Assembly: GCA_019058315.1 (NCBI GenBank) | Contig: JAHPZH010000002.1 | Span: 736,001 to 800,000 of the forward strand | Reading direction: 5' to 3' | Origin: Candidatus Helarchaeota archaeon | Lineage (GTDB): Archaea; Asgardarchaeota; Lokiarchaeia; Helarchaeales; RDOG01 | DNA: 64,000 bases | In this document: positions 1 through 8,712 of the stretch, piece after piece | Position numbering within the stretch: the first letter of the stretch is position 1 | Layout: each line of letters starts with the position of its first letter | The notes under the pieces: generated by a model | What the model was told of the DNA's origin: nothing | The model's input: the letters and a program-made list of their open reading frames with translations, nothing else | Database searches by the model: none | Program-made: the position numbers and the translations under genes

Positions 1-27
1 GATGATCAGTATTCAGAAAAGAGCCTT

Positions 28-2472
28 ATGTTGAAAAAACGAATCTATGAAGGTTTTTTTGAAGAAACAAAGAAATTTATTAATTACAAATTAAACAATC
101 GCATAAAAAAATATATTAAAAAGAAAAATTACAGGCTTTTAGAGCTCGAATTAAAAACCTTAGAAAAGAATTTAATTTATTTTCGAAGGGTACTTTCCAA
201 ATTAGATCCAAACGAAAAAATAGCCAGAAGATTCAAATCTGATATTTATGCTTGGAAAAGGTTACATGATAATTACAATCAGTATGAAATTTATGTAATA
301 GCTTCCATGGAGTATTATTGGCAAAAATATGAAAAATTAATAGAAAAAGCAAAACAAAAATTGAAAAAAAAGCAAGAAAAAAGAAGAAAAAAAGCAAAAA
401 AGAATAAAAGTATAGATGAAGATACAAAACCAAAAGTTGAATTAATATTAGAAATGTATGAAGAAGATAATGAAGAAAATTATATTGAATACCTTCCTTT
501 TTTAGGTGTCACATCAGTTAGACTTCGTGTATTGGTAAATGAATCTGTTAAGAAATTAATAATTAGACCAAAGATAAATACTCTTTTCCATGCAGAAAAC
601 GTTGAATGGAGTAATTATATTTGTGGAATGAACAATGAAAATATCTATCACGATTTAAAAAAGGGTATGATTGCAATTTACGGTGGAGGGCGCAAAAAAG
701 GATTTATTATGATTAACCCTCCAGCAGAATCATATGCATTTTTCTTCATAAGACATCATGATAAGACAATTAAAGAGCAATTGGATTATTCAATGACTTT
801 TGAAGCAGTGGAGGAGATTTCTGAAAATGAAGAAGTCCTAATTTCTTCAATTAATATACAATTAAAATATCCTCAAGCAATAAGACCATATTATGAAATG
901 GAACTTCCAGATGCTACAGGTCCTTATAATCCAATTCACGCTGTTTATAATTATAATCATAGAAAACACGGTATTTTAAAGAATGAATATAGAGAAATTA
1001 CTTTTATAGGCTCTCAAATTCCTGAATATTATCCTAGGTGGTATCCTCCTCAAAGAGTTAGATATTTTCCAATAAGGAATGAAAAAGTCTCTAACCTCGT
1101 TTTGCGTTCATATTCTGATGGCACCGCTAGAATACTCTATAATATCAATGGAAATTTGATTCAGATTGGTGAATTGAAAGGTGATTTGACTTCTGATGTT
1201 TTTAATGATCCCCTGCAAATGACCACTGCCGAAGTCTTTCGATTTTTTAGTGATGATTTCTTAGTCTTAAGAATCTGGTTCTGGTGGTTAGATAAAAGGA
1301 CAAATGCATCAATTTTCAAATTAAATCACGAAATGCCAGATTGTGAAAGGGTGGATTTTGTTATCGATTTAAGAGATCCAAGTGAAAGCAATCAAATGAT
1401 TCCATTCATAGCGACTGATGTACATTGGAAAGAATTTTGGTTAGATACACGAGAGATTGGAGGAAAAATTAGGGTAAAGTTTACACCAACAGGTCTCGAT
1501 TTATTTAATACCCAACAATTAGTTGCATATTTTTCTCATCATCAAGATGGAGTAATGCACCATCCACTTCCTGCTATTGTTCATGAGTTATTTTCTTGGA
1601 TTGGAGACAAAAAAACTTTCTATTGCGTTATTTGCGGAGAACGAACCACCTTACCTGATAACATCCCAATCGCCAAGGAATTGATTGAAGATTTAAGCGA
1701 AGAAGCCTGTCGTGAAAGGAATCGAAAATTAATCGAAGAAATGTCTGATATAATTTGCCCCGCCTGTGGTCAAGTAATTATGAACGAAGAAAAATTACAG
1801 TATATGTTTCTATTTGAGGATAATTCTAAATTTAAGAAACATTTAAAGAGAGATATCTTGAAAAAAGCCATAGCTTTAAAAATTGGCAGAAATCGAGTAA
1901 ACGGGGGAACTCAACCATTATCCCTAAAAAGACAAAATTGTCATGTCCCTACTCCGATGGATGGAATTACTTCAAAGGATTGGTGCTCTTCTACTGTTAT
2001 AAAACCATTATCTTTAAAGAGAATTACCTTTGTGAAAAAAGCTAAAGAAAGAATTAAAAAGATAGATATTGTTAATGTTAGCGATTTAGAAGCTCTTAAT
2101 CAAAAAGTTGCAATCCGATTAGCAAAAATTGGAATCGTTAAACTAAAAGACTTAATCCAGGCGAATTTAGATGATATCCTATCCAAAATTGATCTCTATG
2201 ACTTTACTAAAGAAGAAATTGATGATTTAAAATACAATCTACCTCGATGGCAACAAATGGCGGAACTATACCAAATAAAGGGTATTGGAAGTCAATATAG
2301 CGACTTATTGGTCGAGATTGGGGAAGATCTAAGCAGTCTTCGTAGAATATCCCTTGATCCTCTAGATCTCCTTGAAAAAATTGAGACATATAATGAAACC
2401 CATAATGATGTGAGACGCATACCTAGTATAAATGAAATTAAAAATTGGATTGCCCAATCAATGGCACTATAA
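28..2472 (+). CDS. Large hypothetical protein with an internal CxxC..CxxC zinc-binding insert and a C-terminal DUF4332-like (helix-hairpin-helix) domain; probably 5'-truncated by the window
   Basis: Frame is open from position 1; CVIC...CPAC; C-terminus RWQQMAELYQIKGIGSQYSDLLVEIG...RRIPSINEIKNWI resembles DUF4332. Confidence 0.7.
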   Translation: MLKKRIYEGFFEETKKFINYKLNNRIKKYIKKKNYRLLELELKTLEKNLIYFRRVLSKLDPNEKIARRFKSDIYAWKRLHDNYNQYEIYVIASMEYYWQKYEKLIEKAKQKLKKKQEKRRKKAKKNKSIDEDTKPKVELILEMYEEDNEENYIEYLPFLGVTSVRLRVLVNESVKKLIIRPKINTLFHAENVEWSNYICGMNNENIYHDLKKGMIAIYGGGRKKGFIMINPPAESYAFFFIRHHDKTIKEQLDYSMTFEAVEEISENEEVLISSINIQLKYPQAIRPYYEMELPDATGPYNPIHAVYNYNHRKHGILKNEYREITFIGSQIPEYYPRWYPPQRVRYFPIRNEKVSNLVLRSYSDGTARILYNINGNLIQIGELKGDLTSDVFNDPLQMTTAEVFRFFSDDFLVLRIWFWWLDKRTNASIFKLNHEMPDCERVDFVIDLRDPSESNQMIPFIATDVHWKEFWLDTREIGGKIRVKFTPTGLDLFNTQQLVAYFSHHQDGVMHHPLPAIVHELFSWIGDKKTFYCVICGERTTLPDNIPIAKELIEDLSEEACRERNRKLIEEMSDIICPACGQVIMNEEKLQYMFLFEDNSKFKKHLKRDILKKAIALKIGRNRVNGGTQPLSLKRQNCHVPTPMDGITSKDWCSSTVIKPLSLKRITFVKKAKERIKKIDIVNVSDLEALNQKVAIRLAKIGIVKLKDLIQANLDDILSKIDLYDFTKEEIDDLKYNLPRWQQMAELYQIKGIGSQYSDLLVEIGEDLSSLRRISLDPLDLLEKIETYNETHNDVRRIPSINEIKNWIAQSMAL

Positions 2473-2595
2473 TCACTAAATGCTTAAAATATTCTAAATT
2501 ACAAAATTTCTCTTCTATTTTTTTCCAAAAAATATTATTTGGATAATCTTTATATTACTCAATAATCTTAAAAATCCAAAAAAATTACTTTATTC

Positions 2596-3522
2596 ATGGA
2601 TCTTAACTTAGCACAACCAATTGAAATTATGGATAAAGGTCTTTTTGATGAATTTTTAAAAAAATATCCTCCAGAAATTTCCGAAATGACCTTTACTAAC
2701 TTATTTATTTGGAGAGACTATTATAATTATTTATATATGGAGTATAATAATCATCTTTTGATTTTTTCAAAAGATTATTTAAAAAAACATAAAGAATCAA
2801 TCTCAAAAAATCCAGAAACTCTATTTTTTCTATATCCTGTAGGTCCAACCCCCATCCAAATAATAGTTGATTTATTTGAATTACTTGATAATATTGAAAT
2901 TCATAGAGTTCCTGAATCTTTAATCAACAAACTTGAAACAAGAGACGATATTAGCACTCTAAATATTAAATGGAAAGATGATCGGGATAATTGGGATTAT
3001 GTTTATGAGAAGGACAAACTAATCTCTTTATCTGGTAGGAAATTATACCAAAAAAGAAAATGGTTGAAAGTATTTCAGGAAAATAATGACTTTGAATTTT
3101 ATTTATGCTCGAACGAACGATTAGAAGATTGTAAGCACTTGCAAATAGAATGGTGTGATATGAATGAATGCAAAAAAAATCCAGATTTAGAAGAAGAACA
3201 CAAAGCAATAAATTATGCTAGAATAAATTATGAACAGTTAAAATTTAAGGGAGGAATTTTATATGTTAAGGGAAAACCCATTGCATATACAATGGGTGAA
3301 AATTTAAACCAAGATACTGCCGTCATTCATATAGAAAAAGCTCTTGCCGAATATCAAGGATCTTATCAAGCCATAAATAACCTATTTCTTAAATACTGTT
3401 GTGAAGCTGTAAAATTCGTCAATAGAGAACAAGATTTAGGGGATGCTGGTCTTAGACAAGCAAAAAGTTCCTATAATCCGCATCATATGGTAAAAAAAAG
3501 CATCATATATCGTGAAGCTTAA
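2596..3522 (+). CDS. DUF2156 / phosphatidylglycerol lysyltransferase C-terminal-like (GNAT) protein
   Basis: SEMTFTNLFIW, DYVY...LSGRK, HIEKA, NREQDLGDAGLRQAKSSY motifs. Confidence 0.85.
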   Translation: MDLNLAQPIEIMDKGLFDEFLKKYPPEISEMTFTNLFIWRDYYNYLYMEYNNHLLIFSKDYLKKHKESISKNPETLFFLYPVGPTPIQIIVDLFELLDNIEIHRVPESLINKLETRDDISTLNIKWKDDRDNWDYVYEKDKLISLSGRKLYQKRKWLKVFQENNDFEFYLCSNERLEDCKHLQIEWCDMNECKKNPDLEEEHKAINYARINYEQLKFKGGILYVKGKPIAYTMGENLNQDTAVIHIEKALAEYQGSYQAINNLFLKYCCEAVKFVNREQDLGDAGLRQAKSSYNPHHMVKKSIIYREA

Positions 3523-3566
3523 AAAAGAATAAAACCTCATTTTCATATTATTAATGAATTATTAAG

Positions 3567-3965
3567 ATGATAAAAATGAGTAAAAAGATTAAAATTATTA
3601 TTAAATCGGCCAATATTGAACTAAATGCTGAATTATTCGATACAGAAACTGCGAAAAAAGTTTGGGAAATTCTACCATTCACAAGTTCAATTAAAACTTG
3701 GGGTCAAGAAATCTATTATGATATTCCTATTTCTCCGAAATTATCCTTGGAATCAGATGCGAGGGCAGATATGGAAGTGGGTGAAATTGGTTATTGGGAT
3801 GTAGGTAATTGTATGTGTGTATTTTGGGGAAAGACACCTGCAAGTAGTGGAGATAAACCTGTTGCAGCAAGTCCTGTTAACGTTTTTGGAAAAGTATTAG
3901 ATGATGCGAAAATTCTGGACTCTGTGAGTGCTGGGCAAGAAATAATTGTCGAAAAAAATGAATAA
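3567..3965 (+). CDS. Cyclophilin-like fold protein (DUF369/UPF0288-like)
   Basis: LPF..WGQEIYY, GEIGYW...CVFWGKTPAS...ASPVNVFGK. Confidence 0.85.
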   Translation: MIKMSKKIKIIIKSANIELNAELFDTETAKKVWEILPFTSSIKTWGQEIYYDIPISPKLSLESDARADMEVGEIGYWDVGNCMCVFWGKTPASSGDKPVAASPVNVFGKVLDDAKILDSVSAGQEIIVEKNE

Positions 3966-3984
3966 TTACCAAAAATTAAATAAA

Positions 3985-5067
3985 ATGTCAAAATTAACCA
4001 TAAAAGAAATCGAGGAAGAACTAGATAAATGCACAAAGTGTAAATTATGTGAAGAAGTCTGTTCAATTTTTCTTTTTACTAAGAAATTTACCCCATATGA
4101 TAAATTAAAAGTTGTAAAAGAGATATTCCAAAATTCCCAAAAACCTGATAATTGGGAGACTGTTTTTCTATGTACTAAGTGTGAGGCATGTGATTATATT
4201 TGTCCAGAGAAGATCCCACTAACCAAAATCGTAGATGAGGGGAGAAAAACTTGTGTTGAAAAGTGGGGTATACAATATCCTAGACAAAAAGTTATAACTC
4301 AAAATATTCTTGACACCGGTAATCCCTTTGCAAATTCTGAATCAAGAACCGCTTGGCTTGACAAAGAATTAGCTAAAAAATCCAAAAATTTATTGCATCT
4401 TGGCTGTATGATTTCATATACAAATTCAAAAATGGGTAAAAGCATTATTAATGTTTTAGAAAAGCTGGGTGTTGACTTTACAATCTCTCCGGAAGAATTT
4501 TGTTGTGGTTATTTTGTTTATAATACAGGAAATCATAAAGTAGCTAAACAAATTATTGAAAGAAATAGTATTGAATTTAAAAAATATGAACAAATCATTA
4601 CCGCTTGTGCAGGATGTTATACGTTCATCAAGGAACATTATGATTTAAACAATCAATTAAAACATGTCATTGAAATAATTTTCGAAAAAATTCAAAATAA
4701 AAAGATTGATCCTAGTATAAAAAGAAAATTAGCTATTTTTCTGGATTCATGTCATCTCACAAGACCTCATGGAATCATTGAACCCCCTAGAGTAATTTTA
4801 GAAAAAATGGGATATGAACTTAAAGAATTTGATTTAACGAAAGAAAAAGGACTATGTTGTGGAGCAGATGGAGGAATGAGAATAATTAAAATAGATTTCG
4901 CCTTAGAGATGGGAAAAAATCGATTAGAAAAAGCTATTGAAAAAAGTAATACAATTTTCACATTATGCCCATTTTGTATTCATAATTTAAAAGAAGCAGC
5001 TCAAACTTTCGCTATTGATATTCAAATTAAAGATATTTTTGAAGAATTAGATAAAATTTTACCTTAA
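3985..5067 (+). CDS. HdrD/GlpC-like Fe-S oxidoreductase (2x 4Fe-4S plus 2 CCG domains)
   Basis: CTKCKLCEEVC and CTKCEACDYICP; two CCG motifs; ATG at 3985 avoids overlap with the upstream gene. Confidence 0.85.
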   Translation: MSKLTIKEIEEELDKCTKCKLCEEVCSIFLFTKKFTPYDKLKVVKEIFQNSQKPDNWETVFLCTKCEACDYICPEKIPLTKIVDEGRKTCVEKWGIQYPRQKVITQNILDTGNPFANSESRTAWLDKELAKKSKNLLHLGCMISYTNSKMGKSIINVLEKLGVDFTISPEEFCCGYFVYNTGNHKVAKQIIERNSIEFKKYEQIITACAGCYTFIKEHYDLNNQLKHVIEIIFEKIQNKKIDPSIKRKLAIFLDSCHLTRPHGIIEPPRVILEKMGYELKEFDLTKEKGLCCGADGGMRIIKIDFALEMGKNRLEKAIEKSNTIFTLCPFCIHNLKEAAQTFAIDIQIKDIFEELDKILP

Positions 5068-5930
5068 ATTGGTTTTAAATAATTTTCAATTTTTTTTAAG
5101 ATTGCATCCTTCTCAACATTTCTTGAAAGTGCTACTTCCTCAAATGAAAATCCGAGACAAAGTCCAATGATTTGTGTTAAAAATAAGGATGGAATAATTT
5201 TTGTTCCAACAACTTTAGGATATATGCTATATACTAAATGACAATTTGGACATGAAGTAACGATAAAATCAGGTTTAATTTTATTTAATTCATCATATCT
5301 TTGACTAGCAAGCTCTTTTCCAATCGATTCATCAAAAGCCAACATAGTCCCTCCGCAGCATCTATCCATATATGAATAATCCACTAATTTAACTCCACAT
5401 AGATCTAAAAGATTCCCTATTAAATCAGGATTTTGATCGATATTTATCCTAGAGGGTCTAAAAATCATACATGGCTTTTGAATGGCGACTTTTAAATCTA
5501 GTTTGTATTTTATTTTTTCTTTTAACTTATTGTACATCTCAGGTTGATTCAGTAACTCAATTATATGCAGAATTGTTAATAATTTATCTTTCTTATATTC
5601 CAAACCGTTTTCCTTTAAAATCTGGTTAATTTTATTTAGCCTTTTTTCATTTTCTAGTGCAATTTGAGTCTTTTTTGTAATATACGTGCAACTTCCACAT
5701 AGTGTGATTAAATTATTTACATTATATTTTTGTGCGAGAGCCAAATTCCTGGCAGATAAAGCGTTAATCATTTCCTCGTTAAATGATTCGATTATCTGGG
5801 ATCCACAACATGCAAATTCACCTATATATTGATAATCTAACTCGAGTTTTTTCAAAATTAATTCCGCAGACTTTTCATATTCTGGGAATCTATAAGGAAT
5901 TAAACATCCACTAAAAAGACTATATTTCAT
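5064..5930 (-). CDS. hdrB: Heterodisulfide reductase subunit B-like
   Basis: FSGC, ACCG, ARNLALA, TLCGSC, RCCGG, TSCPNCH. Confidence 0.85.
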   Translation of the reverse strand: MKYSLFSGCLIPYRFPEYEKSAELILKKLELDYQYIGEFACCGSQIIESFNEEMINALSARNLALAQKYNVNNLITLCGSCTYITKKTQIALENEKRLNKINQILKENGLEYKKDKLLTILHIIELLNQPEMYNKLKEKIKYKLDLKVAIQKPCMIFRPSRINIDQNPDLIGNLLDLCGVKLVDYSYMDRCCGGTMLAFDESIGKELASQRYDELNKIKPDFIVTSCPNCHLVYSIYPKVVGTKIIPSLFLTQIIGLCLGFSFEEVALSRNVEKDAILKKIENYLKPI

Positions 5931-6334
5931 GTTTCAGCTTTGGCTCCTGATTCAGTTTTAGCTATAAGTTTTTTAATTTCGGATTTAATTTTCTCAAGAT
6001 CTAATTCTTTTAATCCAATTTTTTTACGAGTTAAATTCTGAATTTCATCCATAGGAAAAACAAAGCCAGTTTCTATTATATTATTATAATATTTTCTAAT
6101 TCTCTTAGGAAAATTCTGTAAATCAATTGCTTGTCGCTTCTTAAAAATCTCCTCCCGTACACTTAATTTATTTGGACAATTTTCCTCACATAGAAAACAT
6201 GAACAACAATTCCATAAGTCAAAGTCTTTATCAGTAAAAACCTCAAATGTTTCTAAATCATCTATAATTTCTGCTATTGGACAAACTTCTGTACAATTAC
6301 CACATTGTTCACATTTTTCAGACATGCTAATCAT
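5927..6334 (-). CDS. hdrC: Heterodisulfide reductase subunit C-like
   Basis: CEQCGNCTEVCP and WNCCSCFLCEENCP; 4-nt overlap with hdrB. Confidence 0.8.
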   Translation of the reverse strand: MISMSEKCEQCGNCTEVCPIAEIIDDLETFEVFTDKDFDLWNCCSCFLCEENCPNKLSVREEIFKKRQAIDLQNFPKRIRKYYNNIIETGFVFPMDEIQNLTRKKIGLKELDLEKIKSEIKKLIAKTESGAKAET

Positions 6335-6378
6335 CTAATAGAGAAAATGAGAATAAAAATAAAAAATAAATGGATTAA

Positions 6379-7434
6379 TTACGAAGCTAATTTTTCGTCA
6401 AGTTTTTTAATGAAATCTTTTTTCTTTCCACCCTCAAATTCGATTACATCTTCATCAATCTGAAATTCGAATTCATCTGCCCAATCTATTACTCGATCAA
6501 AAAGCTTTGATTCATCCATTCCGAGGATCTCTGCAATCTTTGCGATTTTCAATCTTTTAGAAACTTTTATCAGCTTTTTTAATTTATTAACTTTTTCATC
6601 ATCGATTTTTTCAGATATACCTTTTTTTTCTTTGACTTCTTCAACTGGTCCTTCTTTAGGTTCCATGAATTCGGTTGTAACATCACCAAAAGAAATCGCT
6701 GCCTCGTTTCCCCAATCATTTTTTGTAAAAACACGACCAATTTTTTTATCTACTTTTTGCACTGTAGCTTCTTGAAAACTTCCTACAAATGGAATGAATA
6801 CTTTATCTCCTTTTTTAACATCTGGACGAATTGGAAGTACATAACATTGTTCTTTTTTGTAGACTGCTATTTTACCAGCAAAACCAATTGTTAAAACTCT
6901 ATCTTCAGCAATATTAGTGGCGATTACTCGGCTGTAACTTCCACTCTCATCTTTCACTGCCACTACTCCCCCCACTTCCAACATGCCACCTTTCAATTTA
7001 TGGAATGTATTTGGTTCAAGCTTGTCTACTTCTTGAGCTATGCCAGCAGGATTATCATAATCCATATCTAAGTAAAGAACTTCCGGTTCCTTCGGAGAAC
7101 CACCAATTACAATAGCCCGTTCCATTCCGGAGCCTGATTGCCAAGTAGTCAGAATGATGTCTCCTTTTTCCACAGTTTCACCGCTTTTAATAGGAATTAT
7201 CATGGCGTTTGGAATTATGACTTCACTACCCGTCAACGTTTCAATCTTGGATTCGGCAGGTCCTGGTTCCCGCATCCATCCACCATAATATATTAAAGTA
7301 GTCGTCTCGTCTTTAAAAGCGTTTTCTATCCACTCTAGGGGTGGTGCAATTATATAGTCGCCTTCTTTAGCTGTAGTCTCCACTATTGGATAATCCCAAG
7401 GGATTTCACCTTTTTTTCTTCCCATAAAAATCAC
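6379..7434 (-). CDS. Hypothetical protein: repeated small beta-barrel (Tudor/SH3-like) modules plus a C-terminal PCI-like winged helix
   Basis: Recurrent (K/E)GD-hydrophobic starts; C-terminal KLKKLIKVSKRLKIAKIAEILGMD...DWADEFEFQIDED. Confidence 0.6.
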   Translation of the reverse strand: MIFMGRKKGEIPWDYPIVETTAKEGDYIIAPPLEWIENAFKDETTTLIYYGGWMREPGPAESKIETLTGSEVIIPNAMIIPIKSGETVEKGDIILTTWQSGSGMERAIVIGGSPKEPEVLYLDMDYDNPAGIAQEVDKLEPNTFHKLKGGMLEVGGVVAVKDESGSYSRVIATNIAEDRVLTIGFAGKIAVYKKEQCYVLPIRPDVKKGDKVFIPFVGSFQEATVQKVDKKIGRVFTKNDWGNEAAISFGDVTTEFMEPKEGPVEEVKEKKGISEKIDDEKVNKLKKLIKVSKRLKIAKIAEILGMDESKLFDRVIDWADEFEFQIDEDVIEFEGGKKKDFIKKLDEKLAS

Positions 7435-7515
7435 ATATTTTTATTTTTTAATTAAGTATCTTGTCACTTCTTATTAATTTTTATTCTTAAAAATAGCTGT
7501 TCGAATCTTTGGGAT

Positions 7516-8541
7516 TTATCCAATACCTTCCTTACCAACTACAGATAATAATATATCCAAATCTTGATTTGTTTTAACGAATTGTCCCATATTTCCAAGT
7601 TTAATTGTTTTTAATCCAGTTGCTTTTACAGTTGAGTACGCTTTTAACATCTCCATAAGATTTGGGGAGCGTCCATCTTTCATCTTATATATTGGAAAGA
7701 AGGCCAAAATAGTAAAAGGAATATTTTTATCCACTTCTGCAACTAATTTTGCAATTTTTTCTAACTCTTCGATCTCCACCCAATTCGGAATATATAGACT
7801 TAAAACTTCCAGTACAAAACCTCTATCAATAATTTCAGCAGGTGCTGCTAATACTGTTTTATTTGAAGTGCCACATAGCTTTTTGTAAATTTTGGGATCA
7901 TAAGCTTTTATATCTAGCCAATACGAATCAACTCCAGCACTTTGAAATCTATCCAGATTTTGTGGAGTCAGTCCAAATCCGTTTGTTTCTATTAGGATCC
8001 ACATCTTTTTACATTGCTCTTTTATCTTTTCAGAGACTTCTACATAAAAATCCGCTTTACAGGTGACATCTCCTCCAGTAAATGCCACTATATTTCTCGC
8101 AGGTCCCCAGCCTTGTGGACCAAATACAATTTTTTCCGGTTCTAATTTCTCAGGGCACAAATCTCCTCTTCTTCCCTCTAAAACGCATCTACCACAATGA
8201 TGACATAAATCTGCTGCCAAAATCATTAATGCTCTCTCCCTTGGTTCCCATACAGTAACAGTTTCCTCATAATCAGCAACTGCAGCAGCAATTAGATCAG
8301 TACTCATCCAAAATCCATTTTCGAACTGACTAAACTCATATGAATGGCATTTTAGACAATCATGGTTACAACCTGATTGATATATAGATAAATAATCCTC
8401 TGGACGTGAAAGATGATATGACTTAATCAATCTGTGCCATTGACCCTTTTCAAATTTTAACGTTGCTTGACATGCGGGTTTTTTAGTACCATCTTTTAAT
8501 GTAGTAAGGCACTTTCCCATCGTATAGCCTTGTTGAACCAT
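7516..8541 (-). CDS. Radical SAM protein (PFL-activating-enzyme-like)
   Basis: CNHDCLKC (CxxxCxxC), FTGGD, ETNG, DIKA. Confidence 0.85.
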   Translation of the reverse strand: MVQQGYTMGKCLTTLKDGTKKPACQATLKFEKGQWHRLIKSYHLSRPEDYLSIYQSGCNHDCLKCHSYEFSQFENGFWMSTDLIAAAVADYEETVTVWEPRERALMILAADLCHHCGRCVLEGRRGDLCPEKLEPEKIVFGPQGWGPARNIVAFTGGDVTCKADFYVEVSEKIKEQCKKMWILIETNGFGLTPQNLDRFQSAGVDSYWLDIKAYDPKIYKKLCGTSNKTVLAAPAEIIDRGFVLEVLSLYIPNWVEIEELEKIAKLVAEVDKNIPFTILAFFPIYKMKDGRSPNLMEMLKAYSTVKATGLKTIKLGNMGQFVKTNQDLDILLSVVGKEGIG

Positions 8542-8712
8542 AGAACAATAAGAACTTGTAATTTTTTATTCACCAAAGCTCTTTTTCATTTAATCTTTTA
8601 TTTTTTCTATTATATTACTTTTACCAAACTCTCTCTATAATAAATATGTATCAAATTACGAGATCTTGGTGTATTAATATGTTTTTCATTAAAAAATATT
8701 GAGGTCCTCCAA

